A stretch of DNA of 64,000 nucleotides from Anaerolineales bacterium (GTDB lineage: Bacteria > Chloroflexota > Anaerolineae > Anaerolineales > UBA11579): positions 90,270-154,269 of the forward strand of contig JAHCII010000001.1 of assembly GCA_026129305.1 (NCBI GenBank), read 5' to 3'. A program made the position numbers and the translations under genes. The notes under the pieces are model-generated. The model ran no database searches and had not been told where the DNA came from. It was given only the letters and a program-made list of their open reading frames with translations. This document shows, piece by piece, positions 45,381 to 54,353 of the stretch; positions within the stretch are counted from its first letter, which is position 1, and every line of letters begins with the position of its first letter.

Positions 45381-46082
45381 TCAAGCCGTTGGCTGGGCAG
45401 GCAAGTAGACTTGGGCGTAATAATCACACAAATCACTCACCGGGCAAATCTCACACTTGGGTTTGCGCGCCTGGCAGATCTCACGCCCCAGGCGGATGAT
45501 ATTGAGGTGCGCGGTAAAAAAGGTGTCAGGCGGCAGCAGCGCCTCAAAATGGGCGTGGGCCTTATCCGCATTCATCTTCGCCGGGCGAATGCCCAGCCGC
45601 CCGGTAACGCGATAGACATGCGTATCCACCGGAAAGGCCGGCATCCCCAGCGAGAACTGCAGAATGATGGCGGCCGTTTTGGGCCCAATGCCGTTGAATT
45701 GGGTCAGCCAGGCGCGGGCCTCTTCCCCGGACAGGTCGCGCAAGAAGTCAATCGAAAGTTCGCCGCGCAGCTGGGTGATCTGGCGCAAGACCTGCTGGAT
45801 GCGCGGCCCCTTCTGGTTAGCCAGGCCGGCGGGCCGGATGGTCTCGACGATGTCTTTGGCCGGGGCATCCCGCACCTCTTCCCAACTCTTATAACGCGCC
45901 TTGAGCGCAAAGAAGCCGATATCTCGATTGGTGTCGCTGGTGCTTTGCGAGAGGATGGTGGAAACCAGCTCGTCTATGGGCGGCAGGGGATTGCGCCATT
46001 CAGGGGTGCCATACACTTCCACTAGGCGTTGGTGAATGGCCAAACAACGGGCCGCCAGGGCGGACTGGTCTGCCGTGTTCAC
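45381..46082 (-). CDS. nth: Endonuclease III
   Basis: HhH-GPD region ('GIGPKTAAIIL', 'PVDTHVYRV') and a C-terminal 4Fe-4S cluster loop 'CQARKPKCEICPVSDLC'. GTG start in a GTGA overlap with the upstream gene. Confidence 0.9.
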   Translation of the reverse strand: MNTADQSALAARCLAIHQRLVEVYGTPEWRNPLPPIDELVSTILSQSTSDTNRDIGFFALKARYKSWEEVRDAPAKDIVETIRPAGLANQKGPRIQQVLRQITQLRGELSIDFLRDLSGEEARAWLTQFNGIGPKTAAIILQFSLGMPAFPVDTHVYRVTGRLGIRPAKMNADKAHAHFEALLPPDTFFTAHLNIIRLGREICQARKPKCEICPVSDLCDYYAQVYLPAQPTA

Positions 46083-46921
46083 GCAGCCTGTCGAGCGGCG
46101 CGCCCCGCCGCGGTGTGATAGCGGGCAAAGTAGCCGTGCAGACCATGCCGCAAACGCTGCCCAAACAGCACCTGACGCTTCACCGGGGCGCGGAACTTTT
46201 CATTAAGCTTGGCGGCCAGCTTGTCGATTTCTTCGTTGGCGCTCTTTTTGCCGTCCAAGCGCTGCAAACGACTGTACACGTCTTTAATAAAGCGCCGCAT
46301 GGCGGCGATGTCTTCGGCGCCGGCCTTGCCACCGCGCCCGGCAATAATTGTATAGTCTTTGTAGTCCCGGCCAGAGAGCAGATCCAATTGCTCCAGCCAG
46401 GCGCCAATATCTGCATTGGCCAAAAACGGCGGTTCATCGACGGTCAGCGTGTCACCCACAAACACCACGCCATCCTGCGGAGCCAGCAGCCAGCTGGTGG
46501 CCGGGCTGGGGCCAGGGCGATGCTCCATGCGCAATTCAGCGTCATCGAACTGCAAGCCGACTTGTTCAGAGAATGTCAGCCGCGGCAGGATCCAGCGCAA
46601 ACCACTCAGCCCGGAGGTCTCTTCCCATTCGGCGCCACTTTCCTGCTTAAGCGCCTTGAAGATGGCCGCCCGTCGTCGAATCTGGCGGGTGACCTCGCGG
46701 TGCGCCAGCACCTGGGCTTCCATGGTCTGCACGCCCAGAGTGCGGTCCGGGTGGGCGTCCAAATTGAGCACCAATCGCCGCGGGGTGGCGCCCGCCTGCT
46801 CCAGATCCGCCAGCCACTGCCGGCCCTGTTCGGGTTGCAGCGGAGCGTCTACCAGCAGGGTAACTTGCGGCAGCAGCAAGGCGCCGACGGTCACACCGGC
46901 ATAACCGTTCTCGTAATACAT
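46079..46921 (-). CDS. Metallo-beta-lactamase-fold protein with degenerate metal-binding motif
   Basis: ATG at 46921. 'LVLNLDAHPDRTLG' stands where HxHxDH is expected. Later 'VVFVGDTL'. C-terminal helical region. Confidence 0.55.
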   Translation of the reverse strand: MYYENGYAGVTVGALLLPQVTLLVDAPLQPEQGRQWLADLEQAGATPRRLVLNLDAHPDRTLGVQTMEAQVLAHREVTRQIRRRAAIFKALKQESGAEWEETSGLSGLRWILPRLTFSEQVGLQFDDAELRMEHRPGPSPATSWLLAPQDGVVFVGDTLTVDEPPFLANADIGAWLEQLDLLSGRDYKDYTIIAGRGGKAGAEDIAAMRRFIKDVYSRLQRLDGKKSANEEIDKLAAKLNEKFRAPVKRQVLFGQRLRHGLHGYFARYHTAAGRAARQAA

Positions 46922-46941
46922 GTTGTTTTTAAGCTTCTTCA

Positions 46942-49050
46942 CTAAAGACGCCCTGTGCGTGCGATCGGCAGAGTAAAGGCAAAGCGCGCCCCCTTGTCTG
47001 GCTCGCTGGCCACCCAAATCCGCCCGCCATGCCCCTCGACGGTCAATTTGCAATAGGCCAACCCCAGGCCCAGCCCGTGGGTCTTGCCCGCCGATTTGGA
47101 GGAAGGCTGTACGCGGGTGAATTTGTCAAAGATGCGCTCGTGTTCACCCTTAGGAATGCCGCGCCCCTGATCCTGCACCCAGAACTCCACAAAGTCGCCG
47201 CTGCGCTTGGCGCCACACACCACAGACATGCCCGGCTTGGAATAGCGGATCGCATTCTCCAATAGATTGATCAACACGCGGCGGATCATTTCACTGTCGG
47301 CCATCACGCGCGGCAGGCCTTTGACCACCGCATCCACCAGTTCCACCTGCTTGCTTTGCGCCGCCAGCGTGACCGCTTCCAGGGCGGCCTGCGCCAAACT
47401 GGCGGCCGCCGTCGGTTCCGGGCTGCCCAGTTTCTGGCCGGATTCCATGCGCGAAGTGTCCAATAGGGAATTTACCAGACGCTGGATGCGCTCGGTGGAG
47501 CGCATGGCAATATCCAAGACCGAACGCATGGTCGGGTCTGCATCGGCCGGCAGCATCATGGCAAGCACATCCAGGCCGGAGACCACATTGGCCAGCGGGG
47601 AGCGCAAGTCATGATAGATCATTGAAGCCAGGTCTTCTCGCAGGCTATCCAGGTTCTTGCGTTCGGTGATGTCGCGCAAGATCCATTGCAGCTGCACCAA
47701 ACCGTCCACATCGATGCGGCGTACATACACCTCGACATAGCTGTCGGCATTGTTCTCGGCCTGCAAAACCGATTCGTAAGATACGCTCTGGCCATCTTTC
47801 AGGTTGGTCATATCTTTGCCCAGTACCTTGCTGTCGGCCTGGTGAAAATGGTGAACATTCATCGTCTGCAGATGAGTTTTATTCAGGTTCAACAGCAGGT
47901 AGGCTTGGCGGTTGGCCTCGACAATGTTTCCCTCCAGGTCCGTGATCAAGATGGGGTCAATACTGTCTTCGAAGAGTTCCAAATAGCGGCTGCGCGCCGC
48001 CTCCATTTGCTCAAACAATTGAGCATGCTCGATCGCCGTGCCGGCCAGGTTGCCAATCCCTTCCAGCACCAACAGATCGCTGTTGTCCAGTTCACCACTG
48101 ACCGGGTTGATGGCCTGCAGCACACCAATCACTGTTTGCTGGGCGCGGATCGGGCTGGTGGCGATCGCCCGCGCCTGTAACCCGATCTGCGCATCAATCT
48201 CATGGAAATAGCGCGGGTCTGCGTCCACATCCGGGACCAGCAAGCCCTGATTGTGTTGGGCGACCCAGCCGGCCAGTCCCTGGCCCACCTGCATCCGCAT
48301 GCCGATCAGTTTCTTGCTCAGTTCACCGCTGGCCGCACGAAACACTACGCTGTCGCCATCCACCAAAGCCAGTGCCACAGCCTGCACTTCCAGGGCGCGG
48401 GCGGTCTGCTCCAGGATAGTTTGCAAGACACTATCCAATTGCAAACTCTCGCCAATCGCTTTGGCACTGTCCGCCACAGCGGTCATGATGGCGGCCCGGC
48501 GTTGGCTTTCGGCGTAGTAGCGCGCATTGAGCACCGCAAAGCCAGACAGATCAGCGATCACCTGGACGAGATTTAGATGATCGGCGTTAAAGAAGTCCGC
48601 CTGGGGGTGCGTGAGGGTGACCACACCCACCAGCTTGTCGCGCACGATCAGCGGGGCGCTAACCACAGACTTGGAAGCTGCCTTGGATTGGTTTCTTTCT
48701 GCCGTAGGTTGCCAACGCTCATCTTGGCTTGTGTCCGGCACCAGGGCCGCTTTGCGATTGGTGGCCACCCACCCGGCCAGGCCGCTCTGCAGTGTGAATT
48801 TCAATTGGCGGGTGGTTTCTTGAATGACTTTGTCTCTAACAATAATGATCGAATCGATGGGCTCTTGATGGTCGTCCAACACGATCAAGCTACCGCTTTC
48901 CGCGATCACGTTCTGCATGGAAAGCTTCAGTACGCGTTCCAACACCACCCGCAAGTCAAGCGCCGAGGCAAGCTCGCGACTGATGTGATAGAGCAGGTCA
49001 AGGGAGGCCTGGGTGCGGCCACCCTCCATTACAGGGTGGGGGATCGTCAT
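46942..49050 (-). CDS. Sensor histidine kinase (2x GAF, PAS, HisKA, HATPase_c), cytoplasmic
   Basis: H-box 'YHDLRSPLANV', N-box 'LINLLENAIRYS', G-boxes 'VQDQGRGI' and 'GLGLGLAYC'. GAF-like repeats in the N-terminal half. Confidence 0.85.
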   Translation of the reverse strand: MTIPHPVMEGGRTQASLDLLYHISRELASALDLRVVLERVLKLSMQNVIAESGSLIVLDDHQEPIDSIIIVRDKVIQETTRQLKFTLQSGLAGWVATNRKAALVPDTSQDERWQPTAERNQSKAASKSVVSAPLIVRDKLVGVVTLTHPQADFFNADHLNLVQVIADLSGFAVLNARYYAESQRRAAIMTAVADSAKAIGESLQLDSVLQTILEQTARALEVQAVALALVDGDSVVFRAASGELSKKLIGMRMQVGQGLAGWVAQHNQGLLVPDVDADPRYFHEIDAQIGLQARAIATSPIRAQQTVIGVLQAINPVSGELDNSDLLVLEGIGNLAGTAIEHAQLFEQMEAARSRYLELFEDSIDPILITDLEGNIVEANRQAYLLLNLNKTHLQTMNVHHFHQADSKVLGKDMTNLKDGQSVSYESVLQAENNADSYVEVYVRRIDVDGLVQLQWILRDITERKNLDSLREDLASMIYHDLRSPLANVVSGLDVLAMMLPADADPTMRSVLDIAMRSTERIQRLVNSLLDTSRMESGQKLGSPEPTAAASLAQAALEAVTLAAQSKQVELVDAVVKGLPRVMADSEMIRRVLINLLENAIRYSKPGMSVVCGAKRSGDFVEFWVQDQGRGIPKGEHERIFDKFTRVQPSSKSAGKTHGLGLGLAYCKLTVEGHGGRIWVASEPDKGARFAFTLPIARTGRL

Positions 49051-49134
49051 GTTAATAAAGAAAAGAGCTCGTTTGCCAGACTGGAATCAGTATAGCATAG
49101 GGCCTTTTTCGCAGCTTGCCGGACGGCTTGACAA

Positions 49135-50121
49135 TCACCCAGGCAAGTGCAGCAACAAAGCTTCCAGAGCCAAACGCGCGTTAACGTTGGTTTCCAGCTG
49201 GTCCAGCGTTTCCTGCAACTTTTCCACCCAGGCATGAATGCTCTCCAGGCTAAGGGTCTGCGCCACCTGTTCCAGCTGAGCTTCACGGTCGGGGTTGGCC
49301 ACCGCGGCAGAAGAGCCGCCGGCCCGCAAAAGCGCATCCCGCCAAAAGGACAGCCAGACCAGCAGCAGCTCACGCAAGCTGTGGCGGTCTTTGCTGGCTT
49401 TTTCGGCAAAGGCAAAGCGCTGCACTCCGCTGGCGGTCAGCAAGCTGTCACAAGCGTCCAGCCAATCGGCCCGGCGCTGCAAAAGTTCCGGCTGCGCCTG
49501 CCAGCGCTGCGCCAGGCCGGGGCGGCCGGCGCTCAGCCGGGCCAGCAGCTGGGCTTGTTCTGCCTCCAGGCCGTGGGCGACCAAGCCGGCGGAGAGCGTC
49601 TGCTCCGGCACGGGACGCAGACGCAGCAATTCGCAGCGCGAAACGATGGTGGGCGGCAGGCGATCTTCATCCGTCGCGGTCAGGCAGATCAGCGTACGCG
49701 GGTTGGGTTCCTCCAGCGTCTTGAGCAGCGCGTTGGCCGCCTGTACGCTGGCGTCTTCAAAGTTGGTCAGGATCGCCACCTGGCTGTTGGCTTCCAGCGG
49801 GGAGCGGGAAAGTTCGCGGCGCAGTTCGCGGATGGCTTCAATGCGCAGGTCACGGTCGCCTTCGTTGCGTGAGACCACCAGCAGGTCAGGGTGCTGGCTG
49901 CGGGCAAAGCCGCGGCAGGCACGGCATTCGCCGCAGAACTCGCCGGGCGCCGGAGGCGCCTGGCAGTTCAGTGCCTGGGCGGCGCGCAGGGCCAGTGTGC
50001 GCCGGCCAATCCCTGGCGGGCCGGTCACCAGATAAGCCTGGCGCAGCTGCCCAGACCCGATCTGGGTCTTCAGCAGGCGAACCGCCCATTCATGGCCAAT
50101 CAGGTTCCAGTTGGGGCCCAT
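49135..50121 (-). CDS. holB: DNA polymerase III subunit delta'
   Basis: ATG at 50121. 'LIGHEW', 'QAYLVTGPPGIGRRTLA', Zn-module-like 'CGECRACR', and 'SRCELLRLRP' (sensor). Confidence 0.85.
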   Translation of the reverse strand: MGPNWNLIGHEWAVRLLKTQIGSGQLRQAYLVTGPPGIGRRTLALRAAQALNCQAPPAPGEFCGECRACRGFARSQHPDLLVVSRNEGDRDLRIEAIRELRRELSRSPLEANSQVAILTNFEDASVQAANALLKTLEEPNPRTLICLTATDEDRLPPTIVSRCELLRLRPVPEQTLSAGLVAHGLEAEQAQLLARLSAGRPGLAQRWQAQPELLQRRADWLDACDSLLTASGVQRFAFAEKASKDRHSLRELLLVWLSFWRDALLRAGGSSAAVANPDREAQLEQVAQTLSLESIHAWVEKLQETLDQLETNVNARLALEALLLHLPG

Positions 50122-50123
50122 AA

Positions 50124-50681
50124 TTAGGGAACTGAAAAGTTGATCTGGTTCTCGCGGAAGATCAGTTCGTGTTTGTCCCCGTTGGTGATGCTGAAGCTGC
50201 CGTTGCGCGGCCCCTTGCCGCCGATCCAAGCGCGGTAAGTGTAAGTCCCTTCCGGGACAATAATGATCATCGTGCGGGTGAAAGTGTACTCCTGGTAGAC
50301 CGGCGTAAGCAGCTGCAGTCGAATTTCCTCATCGGTGCGGTTGGCCAATACCAAGGGTGCGTTCTGATCATCCTTATTCGCTTGGGCGGAGGCCAGTTGC
50401 GATGGCTCCATAAAGCCAAAAGGCGTCACGGTATTAAAGGCCGCTGGGGACAGGGTGGGGCTCTCGGTCAATGTCGGCTCGGCAGTTTCGCTGGGGGCGC
50501 TAGTGGGAGAAGGTTCCGGTGTGTCACTGGGGGCCGCGGTCGCGGTGGGGATGGCAGCTTCCGTCTCCAGCCAGCTGGCCGCCAGGGCCTGGGCGCTGGC
50601 GTGCAGTTCCGCTTCGCTCGGCCCCGAAGGAGCGCAAGCGCTGAGGAACAAAGCACAAAGAACAATGGCTCGAAATTTCAT
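50124..50681 (-). CDS. Small lipoprotein, unknown function
   Basis: ATG at 50681. 'MKFRAIVLCALFLSAC' lipobox, a Pro/Thr/Ser/Ala linker, then a roughly 90-aa beta-rich C-terminal domain. The stop is 2 nt from the holB ATG. Confidence 0.65.
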   Translation of the reverse strand: MKFRAIVLCALFLSACAPSGPSEAELHASAQALAASWLETEAAIPTATAAPSDTPEPSPTSAPSETAEPTLTESPTLSPAAFNTVTPFGFMEPSQLASAQANKDDQNAPLVLANRTDEEIRLQLLTPVYQEYTFTRTMIIIVPEGTYTYRAWIGGKGPRNGSFSITNGDKHELIFRENQINFSVP

Positions 50682-50781
50682 GTAAAAGAAAGACCTTTCA
50701 GGATGCAAACAGCAAAGCGATTTTACCTGTTCTGGCTGCAGCTTCAGCGGCCTGGGTTGCGAATACAGTAAAATCGCCCGT

Positions 50782-52959
50782 ATGTTCGAACTTTCTGCCG
50801 GGCTGAACCCGCAGCAACAGCAAGCGCTGACCGCCGGCCTGGGGCCGGTTTTGGTGCTGGCCGGCCCCGGCTCCGGCAAGACGCGCGTGCTGACCCACCG
50901 CATCGCCTACCTGATCCGCGAGCTGCGCGTGCCACCGCACCACATTCTGGCGGTGACCTTCACCAACAAGGCTGCCCGCGAAATGGCCGAGCGCGTGGAA
51001 CGTGTGCTGGGTGAGCGGCCGCGCGGCCTAAGCCTAGGCACCTTCCACTCCATCTGTGCCCGGCTGTTGCGCACCGAAGCGGAGTCGCTGCCTTTTAACC
51101 AGAACTTTGTGATCTACGACAGCGACGACCAGCAAGGCCTGGTGCGCAACGCCTTAAAAGAATTGAACATTGACCCCAAGATGCACACTCCGCACAGTGT
51201 GCACAACCGCATTTCACAGGCCAAGAATGAACTGCAACTGCCGGAGGACATGCCGGTCAACAATTATCGCGACGAGGTGGTGGTGCGGGCCTACCAGCGC
51301 TACCAGCAAATGCTGCTAGCCAGCAACGCGCTGGACTTTGACGACTTGCTGCTGTGGACGGCGCGCCTGTTGCAAGACAATCTTGAGGTGCGCAACAAAT
51401 ACGCCCAGCGTTTCCAACACGTGCTGGTGGACGAATTTCAGGACACCAACCAGGCCCAGTATTCGCTGCTCAAACACCTGGCTTCATTCCACAATAACAT
51501 TTATGTGGTGGGTGACACCGACCAGTCAATTTATCGCTGGCGCGGCGCCGATTACCGCAATGTGCTGCGTTTTGAAGAAGACTACCCAGACGCGCAGGTC
51601 ATCCTGCTGGAACAGAACTACCGCTCCACCCAGCGTATTCTGGACGCCGCCATGGCAGTCATCGACCGCAACCCGCACCGCACCCGCAAACAGCTGTTCA
51701 GCGACCGCGGGGCTGGCGAAAAGATCCGCATTCACATGACCCTCAATGAACAAGAGACCGGCCGCTACATTGTCGAGCAGATCGCCATGGCTGTGCGCGC
51801 AGGCGCCAGCCTGGGCGACTTCGCCGTGATGTACCGGGTCAATGCACAGTCGCGCCTGATCGAAGAAGCTTTTCTGCATGCCAACCTGCCTTACAAGCTG
51901 GTCGGCGCCCAGCGTTTTTACGGCCGTCGCGAAGTCAAAGACGTGCTGTGCTACCTGCGCCTGGCGGTCAACCCGGACGATGAGGCCAGCCTTAACCGTG
52001 TGATCAATGTGCCCGCCCGGCGGATTGGCCTCAAGTCCCAGGCCGCTTTGCGCAACCTGGCCATTCAAGAAAAGACTACTCCCGGCCGCATGCTGATGCG
52101 CCTGGGTGAAACGCCAGACGACCCGCTCTTCGGTGTCATCCCCAACCTGGCGCGCCAGGCCATGGCTCCGCTGGGGCGCCGCCTGGCGGCCTGGCACGCC
52201 ATGGCGGGCGAGACCGAGCCGATGAAGTTGATGGACCGCATCCTGGCCGATATTGACTATCACGGCTACCTGCTGGCCGAGGCAGGCGAGGAAGAAGGCC
52301 AGGACCGTTGGGACAACGTCCAGGAAATGCGCCGCCTGGCGGCCGAATACAGCGGGCGCACCATTTCCGATTTCCTGGAGAATATCGCCCTGGTCTCCGA
52401 CCAGGACACCATCGACGAAACCGCTGAGGTGCCGACCCTGCTGACCCTGCACGCCGCCAAGGGGCTGGAATTCCCGGTGGTCTTCATCGCCGGGCTGGAT
52501 GACGGCATGCTGCCGCACTCGCGTTCCTTTGATGACCCCGAAGAGATGGCCGAGGAGCGCCGGCTGTTCTATGTAGGCATCACCCGCGCCGAAGACCACC
52601 TGATCTTGATGCACAATGCCTACCGCAACAGCTTTGGCTACTCCGAGGCCGTGGAGCCGTCCCGCTTTTTGGATGACCTGCCCGCCGAACTGGTGGAAGG
52701 CGGCAACCGCGCCCGCCTGGAGCATGCTTACCGCCCAGACCGCTGGGAGCGGCCCAGCAGCCCCAAGGCCAATATCCTGCAGCCGCAGTACCGACCGGGT
52801 ATGAACGTGCGCCACGCCACCTGGGGCGACGGCCTGGTGCTCAACAGCCGCATCCAAGATGATGATGAAGTCGTGGACATCTTTTTTGAGGGCGTAGGCC
52901 TCAAAAAAGTCCTGGCGGCCTTCGCCAACCTGGAAACTGTGGAAAAGACCGAGGACTAG
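50782..52959 (+). CDS. pcrA: ATP-dependent DNA helicase PcrA/UvrD
   Basis: 'LNPQQQQAL', 'VLAGPGSGKTRVLTHRIAYL', 'VDEFQDTN', 'LEQNYRST' and 'LTLHAAKGLEFPVVF'. Confidence 0.95.
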   Translation: MFELSAGLNPQQQQALTAGLGPVLVLAGPGSGKTRVLTHRIAYLIRELRVPPHHILAVTFTNKAAREMAERVERVLGERPRGLSLGTFHSICARLLRTEAESLPFNQNFVIYDSDDQQGLVRNALKELNIDPKMHTPHSVHNRISQAKNELQLPEDMPVNNYRDEVVVRAYQRYQQMLLASNALDFDDLLLWTARLLQDNLEVRNKYAQRFQHVLVDEFQDTNQAQYSLLKHLASFHNNIYVVGDTDQSIYRWRGADYRNVLRFEEDYPDAQVILLEQNYRSTQRILDAAMAVIDRNPHRTRKQLFSDRGAGEKIRIHMTLNEQETGRYIVEQIAMAVRAGASLGDFAVMYRVNAQSRLIEEAFLHANLPYKLVGAQRFYGRREVKDVLCYLRLAVNPDDEASLNRVINVPARRIGLKSQAALRNLAIQEKTTPGRMLMRLGETPDDPLFGVIPNLARQAMAPLGRRLAAWHAMAGETEPMKLMDRILADIDYHGYLLAEAGEEEGQDRWDNVQEMRRLAAEYSGRTISDFLENIALVSDQDTIDETAEVPTLLTLHAAKGLEFPVVFIAGLDDGMLPHSRSFDDPEEMAEERRLFYVGITRAEDHLILMHNAYRNSFGYSEAVEPSRFLDDLPAELVEGGNRARLEHAYRPDRWERPSSPKANILQPQYRPGMNVRHATWGDGLVLNSRIQDDDEVVDIFFEGVGLKKVLAAFANLETVEKTED

Positions 52960-52962
52960 CGC

Positions 52963-53940
52963 ATGAAATTGTTCATCACTGGGGGAGCGGGCTATATTGG
53001 CTCAGCCGTGGCCGCCGAGCTGCTGGCGCAGGGCCATCAGGTGACCGTGTTCGACTCGCTGGCTACCGGCCACCGCGCCGCAGTGCCGGCTGGGGCCAAC
53101 TTTATCCAGGGCGACCTGCTGGATGCCCCCGGGCTGAAGGCGGCTCTGCACGGCACCGGTTATGACGGCATTTTGCATTTCGCCGCCTTTATTGAAGCCG
53201 GCGAGAGCATGCAAAACCCCGGCAAATATTTCCGCAACAACCTGCAAGGCACGCTGGAACTGGTCGAGGCGGCTCAGCAGGCAGGCATTCCGCGCTTGGT
53301 CTTCTCTTCCAGCGCGGCGGTGTACCGCACCAGTGATGCACCACTGAGCGAAGACGCCCCTCTGGGGCCGGAGAACACCTACGGGCAAACCAAGCTGATG
53401 AGCGAAGAAGTGCTGCAGCGCTACCATCAGATCCACGGGCTGCGCTACGCGGCCCTGCGCTATTTCAATGCCTGCGGCGCACTGCCCAGCCGCGGCGAAG
53501 CGCACCAGCCCGAAAGCCACCTGATCCCGCTGATGCTGCAGGTAGCCCAGGGCCGGCGTGAGCACATCGCCATCTATGGCAACGACTACCCTACGCCGGA
53601 CGGCACCTGCATCCGCGATTACATTCATCTCAGCGACCTGGTATCGGCCCACGTGCTGGCCCTGGGCGCTCTGGAAACCCGGGGCCAGCTGGTCTACAAC
53701 CTGGGCAGCGGGCAGGGGTATTCGATTCGCCAGGTGCTGGAAAGCGCCCGGCGCATTACAGGCCACCCCATCCCGGCGCTGGATGCGCCGCGCCGCCCCG
53801 GCGACCCGGCGCGACTGGTGGCCTCGCCAGCCAAAATTCAGCGTGAACTGGGCTGGCAGCCTGAGCATTCCCAGCTGGACGAGATCATTGCCAGCGCTTG
53901 GGAATGGCAGCAGGGGCCGGGCTATCCGGACGCCGCATGA
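52963..53940 (+). CDS. galE: UDP-glucose 4-epimerase
   Basis: 'ITGGAGYIGS', 'SSSAAVY' and 'YGQTK' (YxxxK). 325 aa. Confidence 0.9.
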   Translation: MKLFITGGAGYIGSAVAAELLAQGHQVTVFDSLATGHRAAVPAGANFIQGDLLDAPGLKAALHGTGYDGILHFAAFIEAGESMQNPGKYFRNNLQGTLELVEAAQQAGIPRLVFSSSAAVYRTSDAPLSEDAPLGPENTYGQTKLMSEEVLQRYHQIHGLRYAALRYFNACGALPSRGEAHQPESHLIPLMLQVAQGRREHIAIYGNDYPTPDGTCIRDYIHLSDLVSAHVLALGALETRGQLVYNLGSGQGYSIRQVLESARRITGHPIPALDAPRRPGDPARLVASPAKIQRELGWQPEHSQLDEIIASAWEWQQGPGYPDAA

Positions 53941-54353
53941 AGATCTACTTCGCCTGCGCCATCATGGGCGGGCGCGGCGACGAAGCCGCCTACCAGCAGC
54001 TGGTGGCGGCTCTGCTGGCCGACGGGCATGATGTGCCCACGGCGCTGAATGCCGGGCCGGGTTGGCAAGCCATGGAAAATTCGCCGGACCCCACGGAGGT
54101 GTACCGTCGTGACACCGCCTGGATCGATCAGAGCCAGGTGATGGTGGCCGAGGTCAGCACCCCCTCGCACGGCGTGGGCTATGAGATCAGCTATGCGCTC
54201 GGGCGCGGCAAGCCCGTGCTGTGCCTCTACCAGCGTGAGCGCAAAGTCTCCAAAATGCTCAGCGGCAACACCCTGCCGGGCATTCAAGTGCGTGCCTATG
54301 GGGAAGTGCAAGAAGCGATAGAGCTGATGCGCCAGTTCCTGGCCGCCCAGTAG
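53937..54353 (+). CDS. Nucleoside 2-deoxyribosyltransferase-like / DNPH1(Rcl)-like protein
   Basis: ATG at 53937 in an ATGA overlap with the galE stop. 'MKIYFACAIMGGRGD' and 'VMVAEVSTPSHGVGYEISYA' resemble the DNPH1/NDT-fold glycosidase signature. Confidence 0.6.
   Translation: MKIYFACAIMGGRGDEAAYQQLVAALLADGHDVPTALNAGPGWQAMENSPDPTEVYRRDTAWIDQSQVMVAEVSTPSHGVGYEISYALGRGKPVLCLYQRERKVSKMLSGNTLPGIQVRAYGEVQEAIELMRQFLAAQ

Noticed and set aside
51526-53868. Minus-strand ORFs 51526..52857 (443 aa) and 53002..53868 (288 aa)
   Set aside because: They are antisense to pcrA and galE, and are shadow ORFs.
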